From the NCBI GenBank assembly GCA_963732385.1, contig CAVSZB010000006.1:1-64000 (forward strand): 64,000 nucleotides of DNA, given 5' to 3'. The notes under the pieces were generated by a model. It did not search any database, was not told the DNA's origin, and saw only the letters and a list, made by a program, of their open reading frames with translations. The position numbers and the translations under genes were made by a program. This DNA comes from an uncultured bacterium. Lineage in GTDB: Bacteria; Krumholzibacteriota; Krumholzibacteriia; LZORAL124-64-63. Positions within the stretch are counted from its first letter, which is position 1. Each line of letters begins with the position of its first letter. Shown here in pieces: positions 1 to 9,900 of the stretch.

Positions 1-432
1 AAACTTCCAGCGTAGAACCGATCCGCAGAGAAGTTGACGGTCGCCCCGGTCTGTGATGGATCGGGGCTGCTGTTTGTGTAGTGGTGACAGTCACTTACGA
101 GGGTGGGAAACGAGGGCGGAAGGGCGGCGGAGAAGAGAGACGCGGAGAGAGTCTTGGGTATCACTCGGTGGGGGCGAAAAGCGTCTCGAAGTCTCCAAAA
201 CGGCGTTTTGGCCATTCTGGTTAACAGCGGACCCCGTTCGGCTGTTAACCCCTGAAACATCAAAGTCGGCGCGACTGGCTTCCCAGGGGGTGCCGCGGGT
301 CTCGAGCGGCGCGGCCAACTATTACTTGCCCCAAGGTGCGGTCGCCGTCAGAGCCGACATCCGATAGGCGAAGCGGCTTGGGGGAAGAAGCGACGACCTC
401 GCCTGGTTACTGGGGCTGCATGACGTCTAGGC

Positions 433-1143
433 TCATCGGTAGGTGCTTTTCACCGCGCCCCACGAAGTCTCCGCAGACGACACGGCGCAATCCTGCACTT
501 CGAAGGACGTCACATACGCCATCCAGCACCCTTCGACCCCGCCGTACACATAGGAGAGGTACCCAATCAAGCGCACAGGCTGTCCCGTGTCAGCGTAGGC
601 GTCCAGCTCGGGGGGCCACGATTCGATTACCACGTGAATTCCGCAGGAGCCAGGACAGGGGATCCCGGGCAACATCAGGCCGCCCCCATGGAACACCGCC
701 GTGTGGGCATAGACGCTGGTGCCCGAGCTGGCGAGAACCCTGTCCGTGCAGGAAATGTAATAGTATTGGTAGCTGGTGCAATCATACAACGTGCAGGGAT
801 CGAGAGGCTGGCGCTGGGCGTCCACGAAGAAGACTCGGTACTCGTAGAACAAGTCCGGCACTGCGGTCGCGTCCACCAGAGTGAAGCGCGCCTGCCCCGA
901 CTCGGGCCGAGCGAGCATTTCGGCGTTCAGCCTCACCTCCGAACCGCACTCCATCAGGGTGCGCCGCTGCACATCAAAGCCAGCCAGCACGGCCGGCGCA
1001 TCCGCGACATCGACCGTGAACGCGACCAGCCGTGCGCCGAACGGCCCCACGACGGCTTCCATGGAGATGGGTTCAGTAGCCTGCACTGGATTCACGCAAA
1101 GTGCGGTCACAACGCCCGCAGCGCAGAACCACCTCAATATCAT
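433..1143 (-). CDS. Secreted hypothetical protein with C-terminal SWGAVKSTYR motif
   Basis: 236-aa ORF with GGAGG RBS, signal peptide-like N-terminus (…LCVNPVQA), Cys-rich body and C-terminus TSWGAVKSTYR resembling two other proteins in the window. Confidence 0.8.
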   Translation of the reverse strand: MILRWFCAAGVVTALCVNPVQATEPISMEAVVGPFGARLVAFTVDVADAPAVLAGFDVQRRTLMECGSEVRLNAEMLARPESGQARFTLVDATAVPDLFYEYRVFFVDAQRQPLDPCTLYDCTSYQYYYISCTDRVLASSGTSVYAHTAVFHGGGLMLPGIPCPGSCGIHVVIESWPPELDAYADTGQPVRLIGYLSYVYGGVEGCWMAYVTSFEVQDCAVSSAETSWGAVKSTYR

Positions 1144-1183
1144 CGCGGCACCTCCACAGTAAGCGGCAAGCCAGGCAGCCCGG

Positions 1184-1349
1184 CGATTGTACTCCCCCCC
1201 CCCCGAATCGACCAGCGCGGGGGGGATATGTCCCGGGAGTTTCCTCCTACTGGGCTCGGGTCGCCGGGGCTCGCCGCAGGCGCGGGATTCGGGGTCCCGT
1301 AGCGAAGTCAGCCTCGGCCCGCAATCCCCCGCTCCGATTCGACTAGCGC
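1184..1349. repeat. Intergenic repeat element, copy A
   Basis: Aligns by eye with 1683-1910; core CCCCGAATCGACCAGCGC near the left end and variant CTCCGATTCGACTAGCGC at the right end. Confidence 0.8.
1186..1214 (-). promoter_or_regulatory. Putative sigma70-type promoter with poly-C(11) tract in the spacer
   Basis: Minus-strand TACAAT at 1191-1186, about 43 nt upstream of the ATG at 1143; TAAAAT at the equivalent position in copy B; -35 weak (TGGTCG). Confidence 0.45.
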
Positions 1350-1350
1350 A

Positions 1351-1626
1351 TCAACCGAACCGTCGGGCCAGAAGGGCAAGAATCGCCAGGACCAGGGCGA
1401 GGTTCATGGCTGTGACGAATTGCCAATACAGATGTCCCGGGCGTCCCTGCTCCTCTGTAGTCAGTTTCTTGTAGCTGCTAACCCAGCGGATCATCTGAAT
1501 CCTCATCAGGAACCAATTGACTGCGATCCCGCGTCGTTGCAGCTCCTGGCCCATGCGACCAGCTGTGATCGCACCGCACACAGCGCAGGCACCGGCCAGT
1601 ACGCCGAGAATCAGAGCCGGGGTCAT
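1351..1626 (-). CDS. Small membrane protein with two hydrophobic segments
   Basis: MTPALILGVLAG… ATG at 1626 preceded by GAAAGAG; hydrophobic N- and C-terminal helices. Confidence 0.7.
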   Translation of the reverse strand: MTPALILGVLAGACAVCGAITAGRMGQELQRRGIAVNWFLMRIQMIRWVSSYKKLTTEEQGRPGHLYWQFVTAMNLALVLAILALLARRFG

Positions 1627-1682
1627 CGTGTGCTCTTTCATTCGGAGACCATAGCCCAGTGGTCGGCCGCTTCGGCCCCGAC

Positions 1683-1910
1683 CGATTTTACTCCCCCCGC
1701 CCCGAATCGACCAGCGCGGGGGGGATCTGTCCCGGGATGTTCCGCCTACCGGACTCGGGCGGCCGGTGCTCCCGCCGCATTTGACCGACCCCAAACCGCC
1801 AGGGGTATCGACCCCTACCTAAACTCCCCGCGGCCCGCGGTCGACGCCGGAAGCAAGGTCCCGTAGGAGGTCGGCGTCTGCCCGAAACCCCCGCCCCGAA
1901 TCGACAGGCT
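1683..1910. repeat. Intergenic repeat element, copy B (about 60-70 bp extra in the middle)
   Basis: 1683-1779 matches 1184-1278; 1857-1905 matches 1293-1343. Confidence 0.8.
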
Positions 1911-2116
1911 CGGTCGCTGGCCGCACAACCGACGGTGGATCGCCACCCTGTGGTCGCCGGTGGAATTGAAGATCCGGCCATCACCGACGTGGCGCTGTGG
2001 TATGATTGCCCTCTCGCCCGGTATCGGCTGCAGCGTATTGGCCTTCCCGCGCCCGGAGGTTCCGGTCGGCTCAGACGCACCACCGCCAGAAGCGCGAAGG
2101 GACTGGAGGAACCGAC

Positions 2117-3463
2117 ATGAGGATCATCCACGTGGCGACGGTCGCCGTTCTGCTGGCCAGCCTGGCCCATTCAGGCGAGGCCCGGGCCGAGCAGTTCCCG
2201 GGCAACGGCCAGATTGGATTTGGCGGTCCGATCGGGAACACTGTCCTGACGATCACGAGAAACGCCGACCAGCTTCTCTTTCGCCTGGATCGCGGTCTCG
2301 CCGTTCCCTTGTCGGAAGTACTCGTGCTCTACTTCGACTCGCGCGACGGAGGCTATCCGGGCACCCAGGATATTGATGATCAGGCGGACGAATCCCGAAG
2401 GGCGATCTCGGGGGACGGTTCTCTTGGCGCATGTGACCTGACCTTCGGTTTCGACGCCGACTTCGCCGTCGCTTTCAGCGCTGACACGGGGGGACTGCTT
2501 TACGAGCTTCAGACCGGCGAGGACCATACACTGATCTTCCGGGCTGTTCTGGGTGGGGCAGCGTCTCTGCCTGACGACCTGGTTTTCGAATTCGCGACGG
2601 ACTGCGCGGACCTTGAACTTGTCCCGGGGGCGGGGTTCGCGTTCGCCGGCACGTACCTCAGCGTCTCGACCGTGTATCGTTCAAACGAGGGCTTTGGCGA
2701 GGGCCTGCCGACGCTGAATCCCGGGACGCCCAGTTCTGTCGCTTTCACGGGCCATTTCGTGATGGCGCCAGCCACCATCGGCTGGTGCAACCTGCAATGG
2801 CCGCCAACGCTGGTCGCGACGGCGGGCGTGGCGAGCGATCTGGTCTACGGGCAGGTGTGGATCGACGATGTGACGAATCTTTCCGGCGCGACGGCAGGGC
2901 TGGACGCTGAATTGGGCTTCGGTCCCGACGGCAGCAATCCGGCGGTGGACCCTTCCCCCTGGCAGTGGGTCCCCGCCGTGTTCCATCTCGACGTCGGCGA
3001 GAACGACGAGGTCTTAGCGCGGCTCACCGTGCCCGCTGCCGGTGTCTACGACTACGCCTATCGCTTTTCGTTCCTGTCGGGACCGTGGCTCTACGGCGAC
3101 CTCAACGGCACCGAGGACGGCTACTCGCCGGCAGAGGCGGGAAGTCTTGTGGCCACGGCGCCGACCGGCGTGCCTGGCGCGCCAGCCGCCCTTCGCCTCC
3201 ACCCCAACCAGCCCAACCCATTCAACCCAAGAACCACCATCCGCTTCGACCTCCCGGTAGCGGGTCAGGCTATACTCTCGATCTACGACCTCGCCGGCCG
3301 CCTCGTTCGGGTCCTCGTCGAGGGGGAACGGGCTGCGGGAGCCTACGAGGCGGTTTGGGACGGAAGGGATGCCACCGGCCGCTCCGCCCCCTCCGGCAGC
3401 TACCTGGCCCGGCTGGTCGCGGGGGGGAAGGTGGAGGTTGTGAGAATGGGGTTGGTGCGCTGA
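2117..3463 (+). CDS. Secreted protein with C-terminal FlgD-Ig/T9SS-like sorting domain
   Basis: GGAGG RBS then ATG 2117; signal peptide (…GEARA); IGWCNLQWP module; tail PNPFNPRTTIRFDLP…WDGRD…SGSYLARL. Confidence 0.85.
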   Translation: MRIIHVATVAVLLASLAHSGEARAEQFPGNGQIGFGGPIGNTVLTITRNADQLLFRLDRGLAVPLSEVLVLYFDSRDGGYPGTQDIDDQADESRRAISGDGSLGACDLTFGFDADFAVAFSADTGGLLYELQTGEDHTLIFRAVLGGAASLPDDLVFEFATDCADLELVPGAGFAFAGTYLSVSTVYRSNEGFGEGLPTLNPGTPSSVAFTGHFVMAPATIGWCNLQWPPTLVATAGVASDLVYGQVWIDDVTNLSGATAGLDAELGFGPDGSNPAVDPSPWQWVPAVFHLDVGENDEVLARLTVPAAGVYDYAYRFSFLSGPWLYGDLNGTEDGYSPAEAGSLVATAPTGVPGAPAALRLHPNQPNPFNPRTTIRFDLPVAGQAILSIYDLAGRLVRVLVEGERAAGAYEAVWDGRDATGRSAPSGSYLARLVAGGKVEVVRMGLVR

Positions 3464-3481
3464 GGGCGCGGAGGAACGAGT

Positions 3482-4490
3482 ATGCGCGCGAGAGCCGCGA
3501 TCATCTCCTGTCTGGTCTGGGCGCTCGTGTTCTGCCCGGCAAGCCAGAGTCTGGCGACCGTCGTCTGCCCCTCTGGCGAGACGCAACAGGGTGTCGATGT
3601 GTCCTGGTGGCAAGGGACCGTGAACTGGGGCCAAGTCGCGGCCTCGGGCGTGACCTTCGCCTTCGCGCGCGTCTCGGATGGTCTGACCGCCGATGGTCGC
3701 TTCGCCAGCAACTACGCGGGGATCAAAACGGCGGGGATGATACGGGGGGCGTACCAGTTCTTTCGGCCCGGGCAGGATGCGCTTGCACAGTCGGATCTCT
3801 TTCTGTCGAGCATCGGCACCATCGGGCCCGGCGACCTTCCGCCGGCCCTCGATGTCGAGATCACAGATGGCATGAGCGCTGTCGCTGTCGGCCAGGCCGT
3901 CGAAACATGGGCGACGGCCATTCAGCAGGCGACGGGGCGCACCCCGCTCATCTTCACCAGCCGCAACTTCTGGGATGACCACGTCATCAGTCCCGACTCT
4001 GCACTCAATCCGCTTTGGATTGCGGCATGGGGCGTTGCTTGTCCCGACACTCCCTCCATTTGGGACAACTGGGTTTTCTGGCAATACAGCGGCGACGGAT
4101 CGGTACCTGGAATCGTCGGCCTGGTCAGCCTGGATGTGTTCAATGGTCCCTTGAGTGAACTTCAGGAACTGGCGGGCATGGCTCCGGTCGGCGTCCCCGG
4201 CGCGCAGGCGACAGTGCCCCGGCTCTACCCCAACCACCCCAACCCCTTCAACCCAAGAACCACCATCCGCTTCGACCTCCCGGCTGCCGGTCAGGTCCGC
4301 CTCGTCGTCTACGACCTCGCCGGTCGACTCGTCCGGGTCCTCGTAGAGGGGGAAGTCTCCGCGGGGAGCCATGAGGCGGTTTGGGATGGGAGGGACGCGA
4401 CGGGCCGGGCACGCACCCTCGGGCACCTACCTGGCCCGGCTGGTCGCGGGGGGGAAGGTGGAGGGGGTGAGGTTGAGTCTTGTGAGGTGA
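3482..4490 (+). CDS. GH25 lysozyme (muramidase) with FlgD-Ig-like C-terminal domain; +1 frameshift near 4412
   Basis: GVDVSWWQG, RGAYQFF, PPALDVE and FWQYS GH25 motifs; removing one base at ~4412 restores APSGTYLARLVAGGKVEGVRLSLVR* (TGA 4488-4490), matching the upstream paralogous tail; as written the ORF runs to 4501. Confidence 0.85.
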
Positions 4491-4574
4491 GCGGGGCGTG
4501 AGGTTTCTCGGGGTGCCGCGGTTTTGGACCGACCGCTGCCGCACTATTGGACCAGCGTTCGCAGGTGCCGGGTT

Positions 4575-4880
4575 TCAGTCCCAGAACGTGGTTGCCGTGC
4601 CCTTCGTCATCGCCTGACTGCACTTCGGACAAGGCCTGCCCTTCTTCCAGGCCGCGACATGCCGTCCCTCACAGCTCGGGCACTTTCCCATATCCTTGTC
4701 GTACTCGGGATCGCCGGTTGGGCCGTCTTTTCCCTCCCGTCCGATCAACACATCCACAAGATCTTGGCAATCTTTGCAGACCATCGTCCGAACGACGGCA
4801 AAGAAGCCAACATCCCTGCCACCCGACACTTCAGCCGAGTAACCGCAATTCGCACAGGTGAACTTGTACCAGGCGCCCAC
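4575..4880 (-). CDS. Small zinc-ribbon-type protein (four CxxC pairs)
   Basis: GTG 4880 after GAGAGGGG; CANC, CKDC, CPSC, CPKC; ends FWD. Confidence 0.75.
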   Translation of the reverse strand: MGAWYKFTCANCGYSAEVSGGRDVGFFAVVRTMVCKDCQDLVDVLIGREGKDGPTGDPEYDKDMGKCPSCEGRHVAAWKKGRPCPKCSQAMTKGTATTFWD

Positions 4881-4970
4881 GTGGTCACCCCTCTCGTCAT
4901 TAAGCTCGGCGCAATCGGTCTGGCCCGGCCCTGCTCCTCGCCCGCCCGCTCGCATGGGGGAGGAGGGAGG

Positions 4971-5480
4971 CTATACAGGTGGCGCTTCGCCACGGGCGGT
5001 TTCTGGCAAGTGCTCTACCTGACCGACTCCGCGCATCCCATGCACCGTCTTCTCGAACCGGTAGTGCTGAAGTGCCGGCATATTCTTCTTCGAGACGTTC
5101 ACGCCGTACTCTGGATAGCTCTTGAGGCCTTCGTAGTCATGGTCGACGAGGAGAGGGCTGGTCTTGAGCCATGCGGTGGCAGGGATCAGGTAGAGGTCAG
5201 GCTCCTTCTTCTCGGTGAGCAGAACCAACGCCAGGTAGAGGTCCTCCCGCAGTGCGAACCTGTCCTTCAGCAGGAACGCATAGCCGCTATCCCGCAGAGA
5301 CTTGACCTGCACCGCGATGAAGGGGCCGTTCTCGTACCGTGCCACGAAATCGATACCGCGGTCGTCGACCTCGGTTCCGTACACCTGGAAGCCGTGCATC
5401 GTCAACTCGATCTTAACGAAATACTCGGCATAGGCACCGACCTGCTGCGTGTTCAGCGCGCTCCAGATGTACTTGGACAT
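4971..5480 (-). CDS. PD-(D/E)XK-type nuclease (DUF4365-like)
   Basis: GAYAEY…EVDDRGIDF…IAVQVKS pattern typical of restriction-endonuclease-fold proteins; ATG 5480 after AGGAAA. Confidence 0.75.
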   Translation of the reverse strand: MSKYIWSALNTQQVGAYAEYFVKIELTMHGFQVYGTEVDDRGIDFVARYENGPFIAVQVKSLRDSGYAFLLKDRFALREDLYLALVLLTEKKEPDLYLIPATAWLKTSPLLVDHDYEGLKSYPEYGVNVSKKNMPALQHYRFEKTVHGMRGVGQVEHLPETARGEAPPV

Positions 5481-5497
5481 TGGCTTTCCTATCGCGG

Positions 5498-5623
5498 CTA
5501 ACGACCGCTCTTGGTCTCCAGATACTTTTTCCTCAGCGCATCCACCGGCACGAGCTTCCCGGCCTGGTCCCGGTAGCGACAGAATTCCCACTCATTGCCG
5601 GCCTGGGGCTTCGCGCCGACGGC
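5498..5623 (-). pseudogene. 3' remnant of a RAMA-domain-like gene truncated by the IS
   Basis: AGNEWEFCRYRDQAGKLVPVDALRKKYL* resembles the NGWxFW…GxLxxIDxLR end of RAMA domains; the similarity stops at the IS boundary. Confidence 0.5.
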
Positions 5624-6933
5624 TGTCCCTACCAAAAACCTCCACGCACCTCGATCTGCAAGCCGGCACCGCCGGATCGTGATTCTCGATCGCATGACAG
5701 GCCCGGTCAAGAGCTTCGATACGCCGACTTGTCAGGCGGCGCGCGCCCTTCGTGCGCCGCCCTCCCGGCTGCCGGGCAGACCCATCCCCCGCGGTGGCTG
5801 GCGCCCATTGCTTCTGCGTCAGGCCGCTTTGCGGAAGTAGCGATGGTGCAGGCCGCGCACCATCGGTTCTGATCGTACTGCACCGCGTTCCGGGGGCTCG
5901 ATCTCGCGGGGGATCGGCGCGTCCTTGTCCAGGCCAAGGTGCGTCCGGACCTCGTGGTAGTACTTGAAGTAATCCCTCAGCACGCGGCGCAGGTGGAGTT
6001 CGTTTAGGATGATCATGTGGTCCAGGCAGTCGTGCTTGATGGTGCCGACCATGCGCTCGCAGTAGCCGTTCTGCCAGGGCGAGCGGCGGGAGATCACCTT
6101 CTGCGTGCTGCCGATCTGCTTGATCGTCGCCGTCACGATGGCGCCGTAGATGCTGTCGCGGTCGCGGATGATGAAGCGGGGGGCGGTGTCGAAGGGGAAG
6201 GCCTGGATCAGTTGCAGGCTGGTCCAGTAGGCGGAGGGGGCGTCGGTCACGTTGAAGTGGATGAGCTTTCTGCGGTCGAGCGACAGGAAGATCAGCACGT
6301 ACAGCGTTCCGAACGTCACGGTCGGGATGGTGAGGAAGTCGATCGCGACGATGTCGGGCAGGTGGTTGCGGATGAAGGTCTGCCAGTTCTGGGAGGGCGG
6401 CTTCCCGCGCTTGATCATGTACTTCGCCACGGTCGCTTCGCTCACGTTGATGCCGAGCATCAGCAGTTCGCCGTGGATGCGGGGGGCGCCCCAGAGCGGA
6501 TTGTCGTGGGACATCCTGCGGATCAGGTCGATGGTCGCGATCGGGATGCCGGGGCGCCCGCCCTTGCCGGCTCGGGATTTCCAGCGCCAGTAGAGGCGCC
6601 AGCCCTTCCGGTGCCAGGCGATCACGGTGGACGGCTTGACGAGGCGCAGCGGTCGGCGCCAGTGGCGCCAGCAGCGGGAGAGCGCGACCCAGAACACCTT
6701 GTCGGCGGTGCGGAGCCGCGGGCGGGCGCCGGAGCGCTCGAGCACGAGGATCTGCTGGCGCAGGGCGAGGTTCTCGATGATCAGGTCGTGCCGCGGGCGG
6801 ACCAGGTCGCGCAGGGTGGCCAGGATGAGGGAAATCATCCGGGGGCTATCGGCAGGTGACGCGAGCGATGTAGCGCCGGCAAGTGACCGCAGCCACCGCG
6901 GGGACAATGCGAACGGAGTTTCTGGTAGGGACA
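5624..6933 (-). mobile_element. Insertion sequence with TGT…ACA ends (rve/DDE, IS481-like)
   Basis: Terminal inverted repeats TGTCCCTACCAAAAAC (5624-5639) and GTTTCTGGTAGGGACA (6918-6933), one mismatch; no target-site duplication. Confidence 0.85.
5819..6838 (-). CDS. Integrase-core (DDE) transposase
   Basis: NPLWGAPRIHGEL helix-turn-helix; catalytic AIDF, IRDRD and SPWQNGYCER motifs. Confidence 0.92.
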   Translation of the reverse strand: MISLILATLRDLVRPRHDLIIENLALRQQILVLERSGARPRLRTADKVFWVALSRCWRHWRRPLRLVKPSTVIAWHRKGWRLYWRWKSRAGKGGRPGIPIATIDLIRRMSHDNPLWGAPRIHGELLMLGINVSEATVAKYMIKRGKPPSQNWQTFIRNHLPDIVAIDFLTIPTVTFGTLYVLIFLSLDRRKLIHFNVTDAPSAYWTSLQLIQAFPFDTAPRFIIRDRDSIYGAIVTATIKQIGSTQKVISRRSPWQNGYCERMVGTIKHDCLDHMIILNELHLRRVLRDYFKYYHEVRTHLGLDKDAPIPREIEPPERGAVRSEPMVRGLHHRYFRKAA

Positions 6934-6950
6934 GCCTGCACAGGCAGGTT

Positions 6951-9900
6951 TCAGGGATTCATGACGGAGGGCCGCAGCCACGACATGAATCTGGCAATGG
7001 TGTCGGCCTTGGATTTTTGAATTGGGGGGCGCAGATACGAAGCATGCAATATTTGGTAAAAGGCGTACTTAACATCCGGCGCCATTACGGGATTATCGCG
7101 AAATATCCTTGTCGCTGTGCTCTCGAGGGTCGCATCATCACCAAGTTTGAGATACGCCATGCACAGGAATATGCCCGCCGATACGGGATTCCCCGTGCTC
7201 AGCAACTCCTCGTTGCCATGTTTCCGGTACCCATCGATCGCACGTTCCAGGATTGGTACGGCGTCAGCCGGCATTCCCCTGGCAACGAGAAGCTTGCCCA
7301 ACTCGAAGGCGGCGGTGGGTGAATCGGGCGCCGCCTCAAAGGCTGCAGCCGTAAATGCTTCCGCCGCAGACCGGTCCCCGCCATAGGACGCCCACTGCGC
7401 CTTCAGTACGGACGCCAAAGCCGTAGCGAAACCGGTGAATAGTGCCCGGTTGGGCAGGCGATGACCAAGCAGCTGTTTGTGGCGTGCGGGCCCCATCGCA
7501 TCCACGCGGTCAGTCAGAAATGAGAGTATGGCCGCCCTTGTCAGCATCGCAAAAAGATGAACTCTCAGAGAATGCCCCGTTATCACGGGGCCCTGGTTGC
7601 GCCCGCCTTCGCTCGTTCGCATTTCTTCGTACAATTCCCTGGCTGCATGGCCCAGCGCGGCTGGCAGCCTGCCGTAGCGGAGCACTCCGTTCACGAGTTG
7701 GGAGAGTTCGTCCCCTGCCTCGACTTCAGACAACGTCCACAAGTCGTTGGCGATACGCCTCCGTTCCGTTTCCGGCATCTGCCACGGCACTGAACAGTAG
7801 TGACAGGCCGAAGAAGCTTCGTCGATCCTTTCCGGACGCGCCTGGGGAAAGTCCACGAAAAGCCGGAGCAGATAGCCGCTAAGGGACTCGAGCGAGGACG
7901 GTCTGCTGGCGAGCCGCAGGGCCCGGACGTCGAAGGTGACCACTGGCGCGGTAAAGAATTCCAGGGTCGGGCTTGAGAATTTTGTGGCCATGTCATCGGT
8001 CGTGCCGAACGACTGATCGGCCTCGCGCACGCCGCCCAGAAGGAACGGCGAATCGTCGGTCAGGGGCTGGTCCGCGTGCGCCAGCAGCGCGCCGGAGGAT
8101 GGCCGGGAGCAGGTGGTCGCCAGCATCAGGCGGTTCGTCGCGACCAATGGCAATACGCGCTCGATGGCCTGGCCCGCGCCCTCGCCGTCAACGCGAACAA
8201 ACGTGGTGCGCAATCCGGCGGACGTGGCAAGCTGCGCCGCCATCTCGTTTCCGGGGACGATGAACTCGACACCATCAGGAACATGCTTTGCCGCCTCGGC
8301 GTAGCAGGCCATCACGTCGGGAAGATCCGGGGCATTGCCGGAGGCGATCAGGGCCACCGTCAGCCGGCTGGGGCTGCGGGTATAGCTGCGTTTGGCGGCC
8401 ACGCCGAGGGGCTTGGCCAGGCTGTCGGCAAATACTATCGAGGAATTCCGGAAAGACCGGTCCCGCAGGAAAGCATCGCTGTCGCTGGGCGCGCTGGCTG
8501 AAGTGCCGGTGCGATGCTTGTCGAATGCCCGCAAATTGATGGCCGCGCAGCGCGCGTCGAGCTCCTGGGGCCGCCATTGGCCGCCGTCAGTCCACATGGC
8601 ATGAGCGCGGAGGCGAAAGGCAGACCATGGCTCACCCTTGATCAGCTTTGAAACCTCAGGCATCAGCGCGGAGACTGCGGGCATTTCATCAAGAGCGTCG
8701 AACAGCGCCCGCACGCCAAACGCGTGGGGCAGGATCCCGGAACTGATGAACAAAAGGCTGTCCGCAACGCTGACGTGCATGGCTTCCTGCAGTGCGTCAC
8801 GTGGCTGAGCGCCGCTGCTGAGCAGGTATCGGATGTAGTGCTCCTCGCACCACGGAACGAGCAGATTTGCGTGGCGCGGCGGAATGACGAGGAAATATGC
8901 CGTGTGCGGGGGCATGCACCTGAGGAAAGTCCCGAGCCGTTCGGCCAGGTGCTCGGTGTCCTGGGCAAAAAGGGCCAGTTCGCGCAGGCCGCTGATTCGA
9001 GCGGGGAAAGCCCACGGTTCGCGCCGAAGATCGAAGTGATCCTGGCGCATGGGTCTGCGCACCGAAGGCAGCCCGGCGATGATGTCATGCCACTGCCTGC
9101 GCGTCGCCTCGAAGCCCCATTGCCGGTCAGAGTGTTGTCGACCGTTCAGTGATAGCTGCTGCCAAAGCGTCGCATCGTCGAGCAGGCGGATGATGGCCTC
9201 AGCGAATTCCGGCGCTGTGTCGGCAATGAGGGCGTGCCGACCGTTCAAGAGATCCATGCCCTCGGCGCCGATGGTCGTGGTGACAACCGGGAGACCGTAG
9301 GCCAGCGCTTCGCCAACTTTGCCCTTCATGCCTGCCCCGTAGCGAAGCGGCGCCACGGAGATCAGGGCTGCGTCGAGGTAGGGCCTGGTATGGGGCACCC
9401 ATCCCGTGACGGACACGCGGTCACAGGCCAGGGAGTAGACCTCGTCATTCGGCGCCGAACCGGCGAGGGTCACGTGGATGGCGGGATGCTGCGCCCAGAC
9501 GAGCGGCATGACCTCGCGTACCAGCCAGACCACGGCATCGACGTTGGGCCGATGGCTGTAGCCTCCGAAGAAGAGGAGCCCCGTCCTGCCGGTTCTGACC
9601 GGACTGGCGTCTTCGGCTGGGTGGACGTTAGTGAGCACGCCGACGTTCGCGTCCGGGACGTGAGCCAATAGGGCGGCTTTGTCCTGATCGGTCACCGCAA
9701 CGGCGGTGTCCGCGTTGCGATAGGTGGCAATCTCGAGGCGGCGGAAACGGTCGAAACCCGAGGCGACCGCAAGGTCCCCCTTGAGCTCGATCTCCCGCCA
9801 TTCACGCAAGAAGACGATGTCCACCGAATCGACGATGAAGGGCAGATCCGGTCGGATCTTCCGGACGATGGGCAGGTAGACCGAGCCCACGTCGGGAAAG

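Noticed and set aside
219..250. attC-like site (GTTAAC ends)
   Set aside because: Only 32 bp, well below attC length; no L boxes and no integron integrase in the window.
3190..4490. Diversity-generating retroelement TR/VR pair
   Set aside because: Differences between the repeats are not confined to adenines, both copies are coding, and no reverse transcriptase is present.
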